Origin: Erysipelothrix inopinata
GTDB lineage: Bacteria; Bacillota_I; Bacilli_A; Erysipelotrichales; Erysipelotrichaceae
Assembly (NCBI RefSeq): GCF_014396165.1
Contig: NZ_CP060715.1
Span: 540,001-572,000 of the forward strand
Length of the DNA: 32,000 bases
Direction of reading: 5' to 3'
A program made the translations under genes and the position numbers. Under the pieces are notes generated by a model, which searched no databases, was not told the origin of the DNA, and saw nothing but the letters and a program-made list of their open reading frames with translations. Each line of letters opens with the position of its first letter. Position 1 is the first letter of the stretch. Of this stretch, positions 24,968-32,000 are shown piece after piece.

Positions 24968-25850
24968 TTTTGTAAACGTGAATAAGAAATTTGGGGATAA
25001 TCCCGTTTTAGAAGATTTATCATTACGAATACCAAAAGGATCTATTGTTGGACTCGTGGGTAAGAACGGTTCAGGTAAATCGACATTTCTCAGACTTGTC
25101 GCTGGTATTTATCACGCAGATGCTGGAGTTATTAATATTGATAATGTTAATATCTTTGATAATCCCGAGTTAAAAAAACAAATATTCTTTGTTAGTGATG
25201 AACCTTATTTCTTTAACCAATCTACACTTAAAGAAATGAAGGAATTCTACTCATTATTCTATGATAATTTTGATGAAGAACTCTATCAAGAACTCATCGA
25301 TCACTTTAATATCCAAGAAGATACACCTATCGCAATGTTTTCAAAAGGGGCTCGTTGCCAGTATGCTCTAATTCTAGGAATTGCTGCTTCAACACCTATC
25401 TTACTCTTGGATGAATCTTTCGATGGACTGGATCCACTCGTTCGACTCTACTTCAGAAAATTAATCCAAGATCGATTCAATAATGTAGAACGATGCGTAA
25501 TCTTATCGTCTCATAACCTTGATGATCTTGAAGCAGTTTGTGACCATTTTGGCGTGATTAAGGATGGTTCGATTGCTGAAGTTCAAACTAAAGAATCTCT
25601 ATTAGACACATATCACAAATTTCATCTTTCATTAGAAGAAGAAATTGATTTAATTGCATTTGATGATTATGATTTTCTACATTTGTCGAAATATAATAAA
25701 AATTATACCATTGTTTTAAAAGGAGATGAGGTTAAGCTTGAGAAAGCTTTAGCTGAACTTCATCCAAAGTCGATGTACCACTCTAATTTAACATTAGATG
25801 AAGTATTTATTTATGAACTGGGGGAAGAAAAGTATGGCGAAATTCTTTAA
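24960..25850 (+). CDS. ABC transporter ATP-binding protein
   Basis: Walker A GKNGSGKST, signature-like FSKGARCQ, Walker B ILLLDESFDGLD, H-loop SSHNL. AAGGAG RBS. It overlaps both the GntR stop and the permease start. Confidence 0.9.
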   Translation: MISFVNVNKKFGDNPVLEDLSLRIPKGSIVGLVGKNGSGKSTFLRLVAGIYHADAGVINIDNVNIFDNPELKKQIFFVSDEPYFFNQSTLKEMKEFYSLFYDNFDEELYQELIDHFNIQEDTPIAMFSKGARCQYALILGIAASTPILLLDESFDGLDPLVRLYFRKLIQDRFNNVERCVILSSHNLDDLEAVCDHFGVIKDGSIAEVQTKESLLDTYHKFHLSLEEEIDLIAFDDYDFLHLSKYNKNYTIVLKGDEVKLEKALAELHPKSMYHSNLTLDEVFIYELGEEKYGEIL

Positions 25851-27840
25851 TGCAAAGTTAAATTTACCACTCTTCAAAAGTAACTTAAAGAAATATCGAG
25901 CAATGATGTTTATTACAGGTCTTTTGTTATTTGTAGTATTTCCGCTTCCCGTATTTATGTATCACTATACACAATCGGGTTACTACTTATTCTGGATTAC
26001 TTTCGATTTCCCTAACTCACGACTTCTATTAACGTATGTTACAGCGGCATTACTCGTATTCATACCGTTTATGTTCTATCGCTATCTGTTTGATAAGACA
26101 GCTACAGATATGTATCACAGTCTTCCCATTAAACGGGGTGATTTATTCTTTACACTTTATATGAATTCATTCGTATTTGTAATGATTCCATTTATCATAA
26201 ACTACTTATTAGGAAACGTTCTTGCTGCAGTAGCAATTGGGTCTTTCGACTGGAATCATACAATTTTGCTTCTCATAAGACTTGTGGCTATTTTCTTTGC
26301 AATTCTATCGCTACCTGTTCTTGTAATTATTAATACAGGAACGATATCTGACGCAATTTTATATACCGGAATTCTTCTTGCTGCTCCATTTCTTGCATAC
26401 AATTCCATTGGTTCATTCTATGCTGGTATGGTTCCTGGTTTCCCGATGGTTAGTGAATTTGAAATCCTTGGACTTCTTTCACCTATCTCAGGTCTCTACT
26501 ATGCTCAACAGGAAATCTTTGTTCGCTATGATGGGAATCTCTATGCATCTTATTGGTTGATATTATCTTTTGTAATTACATGTTTATCCATCAACATCTA
26601 TACAAAACGATTATCAGAGTCTTCAGGGTCTCCATTCTCGAACCAATTATTCTTCCCAATTATAGCCTCAATTCTTACGATTATCGTATTCATTTACTTC
26701 ATTGCATTCCGACATGATGTCTACAGTCAGTATGAGAAATTTATATCCTTCAAGAATCTGACGATACCACTGTTAAGTGCCTTCGTATTCTATCTCGTTT
26801 TAAATATCATTAAAGATAGATCAACGAAGAATATCTTTAAATCATTGGTTAATTTCGGAACTATTACAGTTATTGTGCTTGTTATCTGTTCTTTAATTTA
26901 TTTTACGAAAGGATTTGGCTTTAGTAATCGTTATCCGAATGCTGCGAATGTCGATCGAGTTGAAATTACGATGAACGGATTCGATCCTTATGCCCCTCTT
27001 GAATTTAGAGATACGACATCCATTACTGATCCAGAGAGCATCGAGCGATTTATCGAATTCCATAAGGATATTATCTTTGAACTTGCAGTATATGAGACAC
27101 CACAGCGTCTTTCTGAATCAAATCTTGTTGGATTTACTTACTTTAACGAAAATAATATGAAGATGGCTCGAACATTCTATGTAAGCCCAGAGTTATTTAA
27201 TGATATTACTTTCATCAAAGGTGATTCAAGTGTCATTAAACAGTTCAATTCATTTTTAAAGAATGAGTTTAATACAGTTTCTATATATAATGATACATTC
27301 ACTGAAAAGGTTAATGCGGATGTCATTCGTGACTCGCTCGTAGAAGCATATCGTAAAGATCTCATGGCGATGTCTCTAGAGGACCGTTATAACAACGGTA
27401 CCGTATCAAAATACAACATTATCTCTAGCACGGTCAAAGATACTTACACGGATTATGAGGGACAACAGGTCGTTCAAATTACAGCGCCTCATCCTACACA
27501 AACTGTCATAGATGATCGCTTTATAAATACAATCGCAGTTATCGAAGAACATATGGCGAAAACAGCAACAGTTCCTGTTGAACCGCAATTTAATTTAATT
27601 GATGACAATTCTGATTCGGAATTCTTGACAACTGACGGTACTGTAAAGCTTGTTCAAGAAATATTTGCAGATCCTAACAACATTCCTATTGTGGAAAACA
27701 GTTCACTTGTTATCGATAACTACAAAGGAAAACTTGTGAATACAAATTACAATAAAGAAACATACAAAAAAGCATTCATTCGTGTTAAAGATGGTGAGAT
27801 GGACATCCTTACTATCTTCCCAATTATGAATGAAGAATAA
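25834..27840 (+). CDS. polytopic membrane protein (putative ABC permease partner) with a ~300-aa C-terminal soluble domain (668 aa)
   Basis: ATG at 25834 after GGGGGAAG. About 9-10 hydrophobic segments occur in the first ~375 aa. A non-hydrophobic C-terminal region follows (GFSNRYPNAANVDRVEITMNG...). Family not recognised by eye. Confidence 0.7.
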   Translation: MAKFFNAKLNLPLFKSNLKKYRAMMFITGLLLFVVFPLPVFMYHYTQSGYYLFWITFDFPNSRLLLTYVTAALLVFIPFMFYRYLFDKTATDMYHSLPIKRGDLFFTLYMNSFVFVMIPFIINYLLGNVLAAVAIGSFDWNHTILLLIRLVAIFFAILSLPVLVIINTGTISDAILYTGILLAAPFLAYNSIGSFYAGMVPGFPMVSEFEILGLLSPISGLYYAQQEIFVRYDGNLYASYWLILSFVITCLSINIYTKRLSESSGSPFSNQLFFPIIASILTIIVFIYFIAFRHDVYSQYEKFISFKNLTIPLLSAFVFYLVLNIIKDRSTKNIFKSLVNFGTITVIVLVICSLIYFTKGFGFSNRYPNAANVDRVEITMNGFDPYAPLEFRDTTSITDPESIERFIEFHKDIIFELAVYETPQRLSESNLVGFTYFNENNMKMARTFYVSPELFNDITFIKGDSSVIKQFNSFLKNEFNTVSIYNDTFTEKVNADVIRDSLVEAYRKDLMAMSLEDRYNNGTVSKYNIISSTVKDTYTDYEGQQVVQITAPHPTQTVIDDRFINTIAVIEEHMAKTATVPVEPQFNLIDDNSDSEFLTTDGTVKLVQEIFADPNNIPIVENSSLVIDNYKGKLVNTNYNKETYKKAFIRVKDGEMDILTIFPIMNEE

Positions 27841-27843
27841 AGC

Positions 27844-27877
27844 AAAGGACGATTCGGTTGAATCGTCCTTTATTTTT
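27844..27877. terminator. bidirectional Rho-independent terminator
   Basis: AAAGGACGATTC (27844-27855) pairs with GAATCGTCCTTT (27860-27871) across loop GGTT. It is followed by ATTTTTAT. It sits between the convergent permease and phosphatase genes. Confidence 0.85.
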
Positions 27878-28478
27878 ATATTTTTTCGATAGGTTTGATA
27901 CTTTTTAGTTCGATTGATTGATACTTGTCATCATAATCGATATCAAGGAAATATCCCAGTCCATTGGGAGCATCGAGAACTTTAAAGTCTGTGAACGGTA
28001 AATTTTGCATTTGAATTAGCAAACATTTAATCACACCTGAATGACAAACAAGCGTTGCAGAATCTAAACCATTTTCATGTAAATCACGAACGATACGGTT
28101 TACTTCTGTCATGATACGGTATGTAAAGGATGAGAATGTTTCTCCCCCTGTTGATGATTCATTGAGGAAGAACTCATCCATAAATGGAACTGGAACTTCT
28201 GATGCAACTTGATCTTCATACGATCCGAAATATATTTCTCGTAAACGTGGTGAGATTTCATCTAACTCAACTTTACCACCAAACAAATATTTGAAAGTAT
28301 CTTTACAACGTGTTAAATCAGATGAGTAGTAACGATCTGTTCGTGGATAGTCATAACTATCACGGTACTCTTTTAATTCAGCAATTCCTTGTTCTGATAA
28401 GGCAACATCTGACCATCCGCTATAGATATTCTTTCCGTTTGCCACTGAAAATCCATGTCTAACTAAAACTAACTTCAT
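27876..28478 (-). CDS. histidine phosphatase (phosphoglycerate mutase-like) family protein
   Basis: N-terminal LVLVRHGFSVAN (RHG catalytic motif), a later CHSGVIK (His of the second half-site), 200 aa, and AAGGAGA RBS. Confidence 0.8.
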   Translation of the reverse strand: MKLVLVRHGFSVANGKNIYSGWSDVALSEQGIAELKEYRDSYDYPRTDRYYSSDLTRCKDTFKYLFGGKVELDEISPRLREIYFGSYEDQVASEVPVPFMDEFFLNESSTGGETFSSFTYRIMTEVNRIVRDLHENGLDSATLVCHSGVIKCLLIQMQNLPFTDFKVLDAPNGLGYFLDIDYDDKYQSIELKSIKPIEKI

Positions 28479-28512
28479 TTATAATCTCCTTCTTAATTTA
28501 TAACCTTACTTA

Positions 28513-28540
28513 TGAGAAAACACATGCGTAGCATGTGTTA
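28513..28540 (-). terminator. hairpin after metG (weak U-tract)
   Basis: AACACATGC (28519-28527) pairs with GCATGTGTT (28531-28539) across a 3-nt loop. On the minus strand it is followed by TTCTCAT. It overlaps the metG stop codon, so read-through into the phosphatase gene is plausible. Confidence 0.45.
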
Positions 28541-30454
28541 ACTAATTAATGTTCCATTTTCCACATCACCTGCTGATACAAGTGTCATTGTGTTTTTATC
28601 CTTAGCTGCAAGGATCATACCTTCTGATACGACGCCTCTAAGGTTTGCTGGTTTCAAGTTAACGACAACTATAACTTTTTTGCCCACCAATTCTTCAACT
28701 GTAAAGTAATCAACCAATCCGCTTACAACTTGAACAACGTGAGATCCTAAATCAACTTTAACAAGATAAAGTTTATCTGCTTTAGGATGTTTGTTTACAT
28801 CGATAATGGTACCGGTTCTCATTTCTGTTTCTTTAAATTGTTCAATTGAAATTGGATTTTCTACTACTACTTTTTCAGGTTCATTTTGTTTCTCAATTTT
28901 TTCGAGTGTTTCTTTCATATCTAAACGTGAGAAAATAATCTCAGGTTTTTCAACAACTGGATTGTTTAATTCATACAACCCAAATGTTCGAGCACTTTCA
29001 AATGTTGTTTCGTTCGTATTAATTTGCGCAAGAATTTTATCTGATGTTTCTGGTACAAATGAATGAAGAGCAATTGCTCCAATACGAATAAGTTCTAGTA
29101 AATTATATAGAACTGTTTGCAAACGATCATGATTTGCTTCATCTTTAGCAAGAACCCATGGTTGTGTTTCATCAATATATTTGTTTCCACGTCTAAACAG
29201 ACTTACGATTTCAGAAATCGCATCGGCAACATGAAGAGTATCCATTTTTGCTTCAACATTTGGGATTAAATTTTTACATGCTTCAATAAGAGCACCATCG
29301 AGTGGGTCATGCACGTTATTCACTGTCAATGATCCACCAAAGTATTTATTAGTCATTGAAATTGTACGGTTTACAAGGTTTCCAATGATATTTGCAAGAT
29401 CGGTATTAATACGTTCTACCATAAGTTCTGGAGTAATGTGTCCATCACGTTCAAATGGCATCTCGTGAAGCATAATATAACGAACAGCATCCACACCAAA
29501 GACTTCTGCATAGTCATCAACATAGACAGCATTTCCTTTTGATTTACTCATTTTACTATCACCTGTCAACAACCATGGATGACCAAAGATTTGTTTTGGT
29601 AATGGAAGATCGAGAGCCATGAGTAGAATTGGCCAGTATATAGTATGGAATCGAAGAATATCTTTTCCGATTAAATGGACATCAGCTGGCCACCATTCGT
29701 TAAAGAGTTCAGAGTGATTACCATCAACATCATAACCTAATCCTGTAATATAGTTCATCAACGCATCAATCCAAACATAGACAACATGTTTGTCATCAAA
29801 GTCTACAGGAATTCCCCATTTAAAACTTGTTCTTGAAACAGCAAGATCAATGAGGGGTTCTGATAAGAAGTTTTTCATCATTTCATTTTTACGTGATTCA
29901 GGTTGGATGAATTGAGGATGTTCATTAATGTATTGAACAAGACGATCTTGATAGTTACCAAGTCTGAAGAAATAACATTCTTCTTGTTGTCGATCAAGAT
30001 GACCACCACAATCTGGACAGATACCATCTTCTACTTGAGAGTCTGTGTAGAATGATTCGTCCGATTTACAGTACCAACCTTCATAAGTTCCCTTGTATAA
30101 ATCTCCTTGATCTACAAGTTTTTTAAAGACTTTTTGCACTTCTTCTTTATGATAATCATCCGTTGTACGTATGAAGTAATCATAATCAATGTTCATGAGT
30201 TCAAAGAGACCTTTTATTACCGAGGAAATATTATCTACATGTTCCTTAGGTGTAATCCCTGCTTTGATAGCATAATCTTCAATTTTTTGTCCATGTTCAT
30301 CAGTTCCTGTTTGGAATCTGACATTATAACCTTGAGCTCTTTTAAAACGTGCAATACTATCAGCTAATACTATTTCATAGATATTACCAATGTGAGGTTT
30401 TGCTGATGTATAGGCAATGGCTGTTGTTATATAGTAGTTTTTTTTATCTTTCAT
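28538..30454 (-). CDS. metG: methionine--tRNA ligase with a C-terminal tRNA-binding (EMAP/Trbp111-like) domain
   Basis: HIGH-type motif KPHIGNIYE, KMSKS present, Zn knuckle CPDCGGHL, anticodon-binding region, and C-terminal EMRTGTIIDVNKHPKADKLYLVKVDLG. Confidence 0.93.
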   Translation of the reverse strand: MKDKKNYYITTAIAYTSAKPHIGNIYEIVLADSIARFKRAQGYNVRFQTGTDEHGQKIEDYAIKAGITPKEHVDNISSVIKGLFELMNIDYDYFIRTTDDYHKEEVQKVFKKLVDQGDLYKGTYEGWYCKSDESFYTDSQVEDGICPDCGGHLDRQQEECYFFRLGNYQDRLVQYINEHPQFIQPESRKNEMMKNFLSEPLIDLAVSRTSFKWGIPVDFDDKHVVYVWIDALMNYITGLGYDVDGNHSELFNEWWPADVHLIGKDILRFHTIYWPILLMALDLPLPKQIFGHPWLLTGDSKMSKSKGNAVYVDDYAEVFGVDAVRYIMLHEMPFERDGHITPELMVERINTDLANIIGNLVNRTISMTNKYFGGSLTVNNVHDPLDGALIEACKNLIPNVEAKMDTLHVADAISEIVSLFRRGNKYIDETQPWVLAKDEANHDRLQTVLYNLLELIRIGAIALHSFVPETSDKILAQINTNETTFESARTFGLYELNNPVVEKPEIIFSRLDMKETLEKIEKQNEPEKVVVENPISIEQFKETEMRTGTIIDVNKHPKADKLYLVKVDLGSHVVQVVSGLVDYFTVEELVGKKVIVVVNLKPANLRGVVSEGMILAAKDKNTMTLVSAGDVENGTLIS

Positions 30455-30482
30455 ACTTTTGCCTCCGCTATGTATCTGTATA

Positions 30483-30511
30483 ATTATAGCCTATTTAGAG
30501 ACTCTTAACAA
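30483..30511 (-). promoter_or_regulatory. sigma-A promoter of metG
   Basis: On the minus strand: TTGTTA (30506-30511), 17 nt, TATAAT (30483-30488). This leaves a leader of only ~20-25 nt containing GGAGGCAAAAG before the ATG at 30454. Confidence 0.6.
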
Positions 30512-30581
30512 GAAATCACCCAATGTATTTTGGTCAGTCCATGCCTAATCCTAGGTTTATTAAATTCATAATTTATCTGAG

Positions 30582-30761
30582 TTATTCTTTTTCATCGTAG
30601 ATGAATTCACCCTGACCATATTTCTCAATGAGATACTTATAATAATCAATTTCACAACGTCTAATTCTACGAATGTAGTCTTCATGGTTGCTTCGTTGAT
30701 TTTGTTTAAGAGCAAATACAACTCCAATGCTTAACATCAAAATTAAAATAGTAATATTCAT
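30582..30761 (-). CDS. small membrane protein, 59 aa (below the ORF-track cutoff)
   Basis: My manual translation gives MNITILILMLSIGVVFALKQNQRSNHEDYIRRIRRCEIDYYKYLIEKYGQGEFIYDEKE. ATG at 30761 is preceded by GGTGGTGA at 5-nt spacing. It has one N-terminal TM helix and a charged tail, and ends in a TAA stop. Confidence 0.5.
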   Translation of the reverse strand: MNITILILMLSIGVVFALKQNQRSNHEDYIRRIRRCEIDYYKYLIEKYGQGEFIYDEKE

Positions 30762-30809
30762 AATCTGTCACCACCTTAATTCAATTTTAACAACCCCCAG
30801 CCGCCAACG

Positions 30810-30829
30810 AATATGACATATGTCATATT
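30810..30829. promoter_or_regulatory. perfect 20-bp palindrome AATATGACATATGTCATATT, probable Crp/Fnr-family operator
   Basis: I verified self-complementarity base by base. The centre (30819/30820) lies 28.5 nt upstream of a TATAAT at 30848-30853, i.e. about -40/-41 relative to the predicted start site of the Crp/Fnr-family gene. Confidence 0.6.
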
Positions 30830-30871
30830 TCTTATCGGTTTTTAGGATATAATTAAAATAAGAGGTGAGTC

Positions 30872-31525
30872 ATGAAAACAGTTAAACTCAATCAACATCA
30901 TCATAATATCTTAAGCTATTACAATTTAGATCATCTTCCTAAAGAATTAATTCAGGCTGTTCAGTTTCGTTCCAAGGAACTCGTAGTTGAAGAAACTTAT
31001 TCTTTTTCTCAACTTTATATAATTGTGACCGGTCGCGCTCGTGTTTATCGTTCAACTCAAGATGGGCAGAGTCATTTTCTATGTAATTATATTTATGACG
31101 GAATCATTGGTGAAGTAGAACTTATGAATGGTTCTCAAACAGTAGAATCATCCGTAGTAGCAATTACAGAGTTTGAATGCCTCGCAATACCTTATGATAT
31201 TTGTGCAAATGAAATCAATACAAATCATCAGTTTCTTATGACCATCAGTGAATCACTGGCCAAGAAGGTTCGTGATAATGCAGATAATCTTGTCTCCCTC
31301 GCTTTCAATACAGGAGAACAGCGACTCTGCAGCTACATTCTTAATAACGCAAATGACGATTATTTTAGTGATACCCTAACCGAAGTTTCAAAACTTGTAG
31401 CTCTTAGTTATCGTCATGTACTCAGAATTCTTAATCAGTTATGCAACGATAATATTCTTAGTAAAGAGAAATCTGGCTACCAGATCACGAATCGTAAATC
31501 TTTGATTAATCTCTCAGGCTATTAA
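30872..31525 (+). CDS. Crp/Fnr-family transcriptional regulator
   Basis: N-terminal cNMP-binding-like beta-roll (LYIIVTGRARVY...GIIGEVELM) and a C-terminal HTH (TLTEVSKLVALSYRHVLRILNQLCNDNIL). 217 aa. RBS AAGAGGTGA. Confidence 0.85.
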   Translation: MKTVKLNQHHHNILSYYNLDHLPKELIQAVQFRSKELVVEETYSFSQLYIIVTGRARVYRSTQDGQSHFLCNYIYDGIIGEVELMNGSQTVESSVVAITEFECLAIPYDICANEINTNHQFLMTISESLAKKVRDNADNLVSLAFNTGEQRLCSYILNNANDDYFSDTLTEVSKLVALSYRHVLRILNQLCNDNILSKEKSGYQITNRKSLINLSGY

Positions 31526-31532
31526 TTGACGC

Positions 31533-31563
31533 AAAAAAAGGAGGATTGTAATCCTCCTTTAAC
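31533..31563. terminator. bidirectional terminator between the Crp-family and Fur-family genes
   Basis: AAAGGAGGAT (31537-31546) pairs with ATCCTCCTTT (31551-31560) across a 4-nt loop. It is preceded by an A-run, and the 3' arm itself ends in TTT, followed by AACTTA. Confidence 0.8.
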
Positions 31564-31566
31564 TTA

Positions 31567-31968
31567 TTATGACTTTCTATCTTTTTTAGCTTGCAAACAT
31601 TCTTTGCAAATTCCTTCAAACGACATGTCATGTTCTAAAACGAGACAGCCTAATTCTTTTTCAACCAATTCATGAAGGTTATCTTGATATGGAATTTCCA
31701 CATCCAAAATACGATTACATTCTTTACATCTGAAGTGATAATGGTCGTGTAAGTTTTTATCATAGATAAATCCTAGTTCAGGATGGCGAACACGATTAAT
31801 CATTTTTTCCGCATAAAGAACATTCAGATTTCGGTATATTGTTGCAATACCTACTGTCTTACCGTTTTCTTTCAATTTAGTATGAATTTCATCCGCAGTC
31901 ATATGACCTTCAGATGCTTGAATTAAATCAAGAATTTCTTGTCTTTGTTTTGTAAGTTTGATACTCAT
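31567..31968 (-). CDS. Fur-family metalloregulator (Fur/PerR-like)
   Basis: DNA-binding N-terminus LTKQRQEILDLI...HMTADEI...IATIYRNL, the HDHYHFRCKECNRILDV motif and a second CKEC pair (structural Zn site). ATG at 31968 follows GGTGATG. The listed start at 31980 sits only 4 nt after a TATAAT and is less likely. Confidence 0.8.
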   Translation of the reverse strand: MSIKLTKQRQEILDLIQASEGHMTADEIHTKLKENGKTVGIATIYRNLNVLYAEKMINRVRHPELGFIYDKNLHDHYHFRCKECNRILDVEIPYQDNLHELVEKELGCLVLEHDMSFEGICKECLQAKKDRKS

Positions 31969-32000
31969 TATCATCACCATATTAATTATAGCACAATTTT

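Noticed and set aside
30455-30581. Expected a T-box or other leader upstream of metG.
   Set aside because: A good TTGTTA-17-TATAAT promoter lies only ~25 nt from the start codon. The remaining space is taken by the 59-aa ORF. I saw no T-box consensus or specifier/antiterminator architecture.

Overview
AT-rich, low-GC chromosomal segment of a Gram-positive bacterium. Bacillota is supported by Noc plus Soj/Spo0J, an LPXTG sorting signal and a classical lipobox.

Layout:
- About 40% of the window (1945-14640, minus strand) is one uninterrupted 4231-aa LPXTG-anchored giant surface protein. It is built from roughly 30 Ig-like modules. Its C-terminal part is a near-identical 507-513 bp tandem array.
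- That gene is translationally coupled to a small Cys-less thioredoxin-fold lipoprotein.
- Upstream lies the origin-type partition cluster: Gfo/Idh/MocA oxidoreductase, rsmG, noc, parA, parB.
- This cluster is separated from a frameshifted mnmG by an OmpR/histidine-kinase operon. The third gene of that operon encodes a membrane-anchored protein whose ectodomain resembles the adhesin repeat.
- The rest is a YtrA-type GntR regulator, an ABC ATPase and a large permease, then a histidine phosphatase and metG. Next come an unlisted 59-aa membrane peptide and a Crp/Fnr regulator preceded by a perfect 20-bp palindrome. A Fur-family regulator closes the window.
- At the left edge, a tightly coupled pair (2-TM protein plus a minimal, Zn-module-less SIR2) is my best candidate for an uncharacterised system.

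I saw no rRNA, tRNA, CRISPR, transposase, integrase or phage genes. All calls rest on motif recognition by eye from the ORF translations and on manual inspection of the DNA. No database search or folding program was run.
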